From Heterodontus francisci (Eukaryota): a DNA stretch of 64,000 nt. The DNA lies in assembly GCF_036365525.1 (NCBI RefSeq), contig NC_090399.1, forward strand, positions 32,706,430 to 32,770,429, written 5' to 3'. The notes below the pieces were generated by a model. The model saw only the letters and a list, made by a program, of their open reading frames with translations, did not search any database and was not told the DNA's origin. Shown piece by piece: positions 61,901 to 64,000 of the stretch (position 1 is its first letter; every line of letters starts with the position of its first letter). A program made the position numbers and the translations under genes.

Positions 61901-63627
61901 GTGGAGCTAGAGGTCATAGGTGAGGTTTTAAATGATTAACTCTGTGTTCACTATGAAGAAGGACAATGTAGGTGTAGAGATTAAGGAGGGGGATTGTGAT
62001 CGACTTGAACATATTAGCATTGAAAGGAAGGAAGTATTAGATGTTTTAGCAGGCTTAAAGGTAGATAAATCCCCAGGCCCAGATGAGATGTATGTCAGGC
62101 TGTTATGTGAGGCAAGGGAGGAGATAGCAGGGGATCTGACACAAATTTTCAATTCCTCTCTGGCCACAGGAGAGGTACCAGAGGACTGCGAATGTGGTAG
62201 CATTATTCAAGAAGGGTAGTAGGGATAAACCAGGTAATTACAGGCTGGTGTGTCTAACATCAGTGGTTGGGAAAAAATTGGAAAAATTTCTGAGGGACAG
62301 GATTAATCTCCACTTGGAGAGACAAGGATTAATCAGGGATCATCAGCATGGCTTTGTCAGGGGGAGATCATGTCTAACAAACTTGATTGAATTTACCGAG
62401 GCACTGACTAGATGTGTAGATGAGGGCAAAGCAGTTGATGTAGTCTACTTGGACTTCAGTAAGGCTTTTGATAAGGTACTGCATGGGAGATTGGTTAAGA
62501 AGGTAAGAGCCCATGAGATCCAGGGCAATTTGGCAAAGTGGATCCAAAACTAGCTTCGTGGCAGGAGGCAGAGGCTGATGGTCGAGGGTTGTTTTTGCGA
62601 ATGGAAGCCTGTGACCAGTGGTGTACCACAGGGATCGGTGCTGGGACCCTTGCTGTTTGTAGTGTATATTAATGATTTAGATGTGAATATCAGAGGTATG
62701 ATCAGTAAGTTCGCAGATGAGACAAAAATTGGTGGTGTCACAAATAGTGAGGAGGAAAGCCTTAGATTACAGGATGATATAGATGGGCTGGTAAGATGGG
62801 CGGAGCAGTGGCAAATGGAATTTAATCCTGAGAAGTGTGAGGTGATACATTTTGGGAGGACTAACAAGTCGAAGGACTATACAATGGATAGTAGGACCCT
62901 GGAAAGTACTGCGGGTCAGAGGGACCTTGGTTTACTTGTCCATAGTTCACTGAAGCAGCAGCACAGGTAGATAAAGGTGGTTAGGAAGGCATATGGGACA
63001 CTTGCCTTTATCAGCCGAGGCATAGAATATAACAGCAGGGAGGTTATGGAGCTGTATAAAACGTTAGTTAGGACACATCTGGAGTACTGTGTACAGTTCT
63101 GGTCACCACACTATAGGAAGGATGTGATTGCACTGGAGAGGGTGCAGAGGAGATTCACCAGGATGTTGCCTGGGCTGGAGCATTTCAGCTATGAAGAGAG
63201 ACTGAAAAGGCGAGGGTTGTTTTCCTTAGAGCACAGAAGGCCGAGGGGGGACATGATTGAGGGATACAAAATTATGAGGGGCATTGATAGGATAGATAGG
63301 AAGAAACTTTTTCCCTTAGCAGAGGGATCAATAACCAGGGGACACAGATTTAAGATAAGGGGCAGGAGGTTTAGAGGGTATTTGAGGAAATTTTTTTCAC
63401 CCAGAGGGTGGTTGGAATCTGGAACACACTGCCTGAAGAGATGGTAGAGGCAGGAACCCTCACAACATTTAAGAAGCATTTTGATGAGCACTTGATACGC
63501 CATAGCATACAAGGCTACGGGTCAAGTGCTGGAAAATGGGATTAGAATAGTTAGGTGCTTGATGGCTTGCATGGACACGATGGGCTGAAGGGCCTGTTTC
63601 TGTGCTGTATAACTCTGACTCTATGAC
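59000..63627 (+). mobile_element. Full-length decayed CR1 LINE: tandem 5' UTR units, ORF1 (Zn finger/leucine zipper plus SGNH esterase, ~59691-60644), ORF2 APE-RT (~60780-63450), tail
   Basis: CSSC..CSKC; GDS, PGA, GTND and DGLY (catalytic His lost); YFNARSL, GDFN, PQGSVLGP, FADE; CTATGA-type tail. Confidence 0.95.
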
Positions 63628-64000
63628 ATCAGAGGAAAGTCGTGAGTTGATTGGCTGGTGAGTATTGCTGCTTAGGGATTAAGTTTAAACAACAGAGTTT
63701 AAATCATTATACATTTTAAGTATTAATCACAAGTAGCAAGTGAGTAGCTGCTGAGTCTTGTCTTTTATTTTTAAATAAGCTTTATAACTATTGGTGAGGT
63801 TAATTCTACTATTGAGAACATTTTAGTATTGGTAGGATGTATTAATAATGGTAAGGTTTATCAGTATTGGTAGTTTATTATTAGTAATGGTAAGCTTATT
63901 ATTACTATTGGTAATGTTTATTACTATTGGTAGTGCTGACCCTCATACTAGGGTGTCAACTGACGTGGTGGGCAAAAGACACCTGCATGAGATACTTCGT

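Noticed and set aside
54885-64000. MHC leader and alpha1 exons
   Set aside because: No alpha1-like sequence found; the region is TE and satellite, so these exons lie beyond the window or are missing.
63625-64000. Resemblance to the CR1 5' UTR at ~59440, suggesting a second element
   Set aside because: Short, weak match cut by the window edge; no TSD identified.

Overview
Repeat-rich vertebrate DNA, very probably a cartilaginous fish (shark/ray). This is inferred from HE1-like V-SINEs, abundant CR1-group LINEs, a 68-aa shark-type metallothionein and a GPR139-like gene. Host genes: (1) an intact two-exon GPR139-like GPCR (+; 5298-5364 joined to 10416-11311, 320 aa); (2) the 3' part of an MHC class I gene with non-classical features (-; alpha2, alpha3, TM and two cytoplasmic exons, plus a candidate terminal exon; leader and alpha1 not found in the window); (3) an intronless metallothionein retrocopy with an open ORF; (4) an orphan RNF20/RNF40 exon. 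The rest is nested Gmr1-type and other Gypsy elements, CR1, L2, RTE, Tx1 and Penelope retroelements, SINEs, a hAT MITE and several minisatellites. Most interesting is a CR1-group LINE family whose 5' end is a tRNA-derived Pol III promoter. Its full-length 3.3-kb copy has no TTTT on the sense strand and no ORF1, and its 5' and 3' ends joined directly form a SINE also present here, so it is a candidate Pol III-transcribed autonomous LINE. Also notable around the MHC alpha2 exon: a minisatellite built from its splice donor, a kB/Sp1/Y-box tandem array and a sense hammerhead ribozyme. All calls were made by eye; TE boundaries are approximate.
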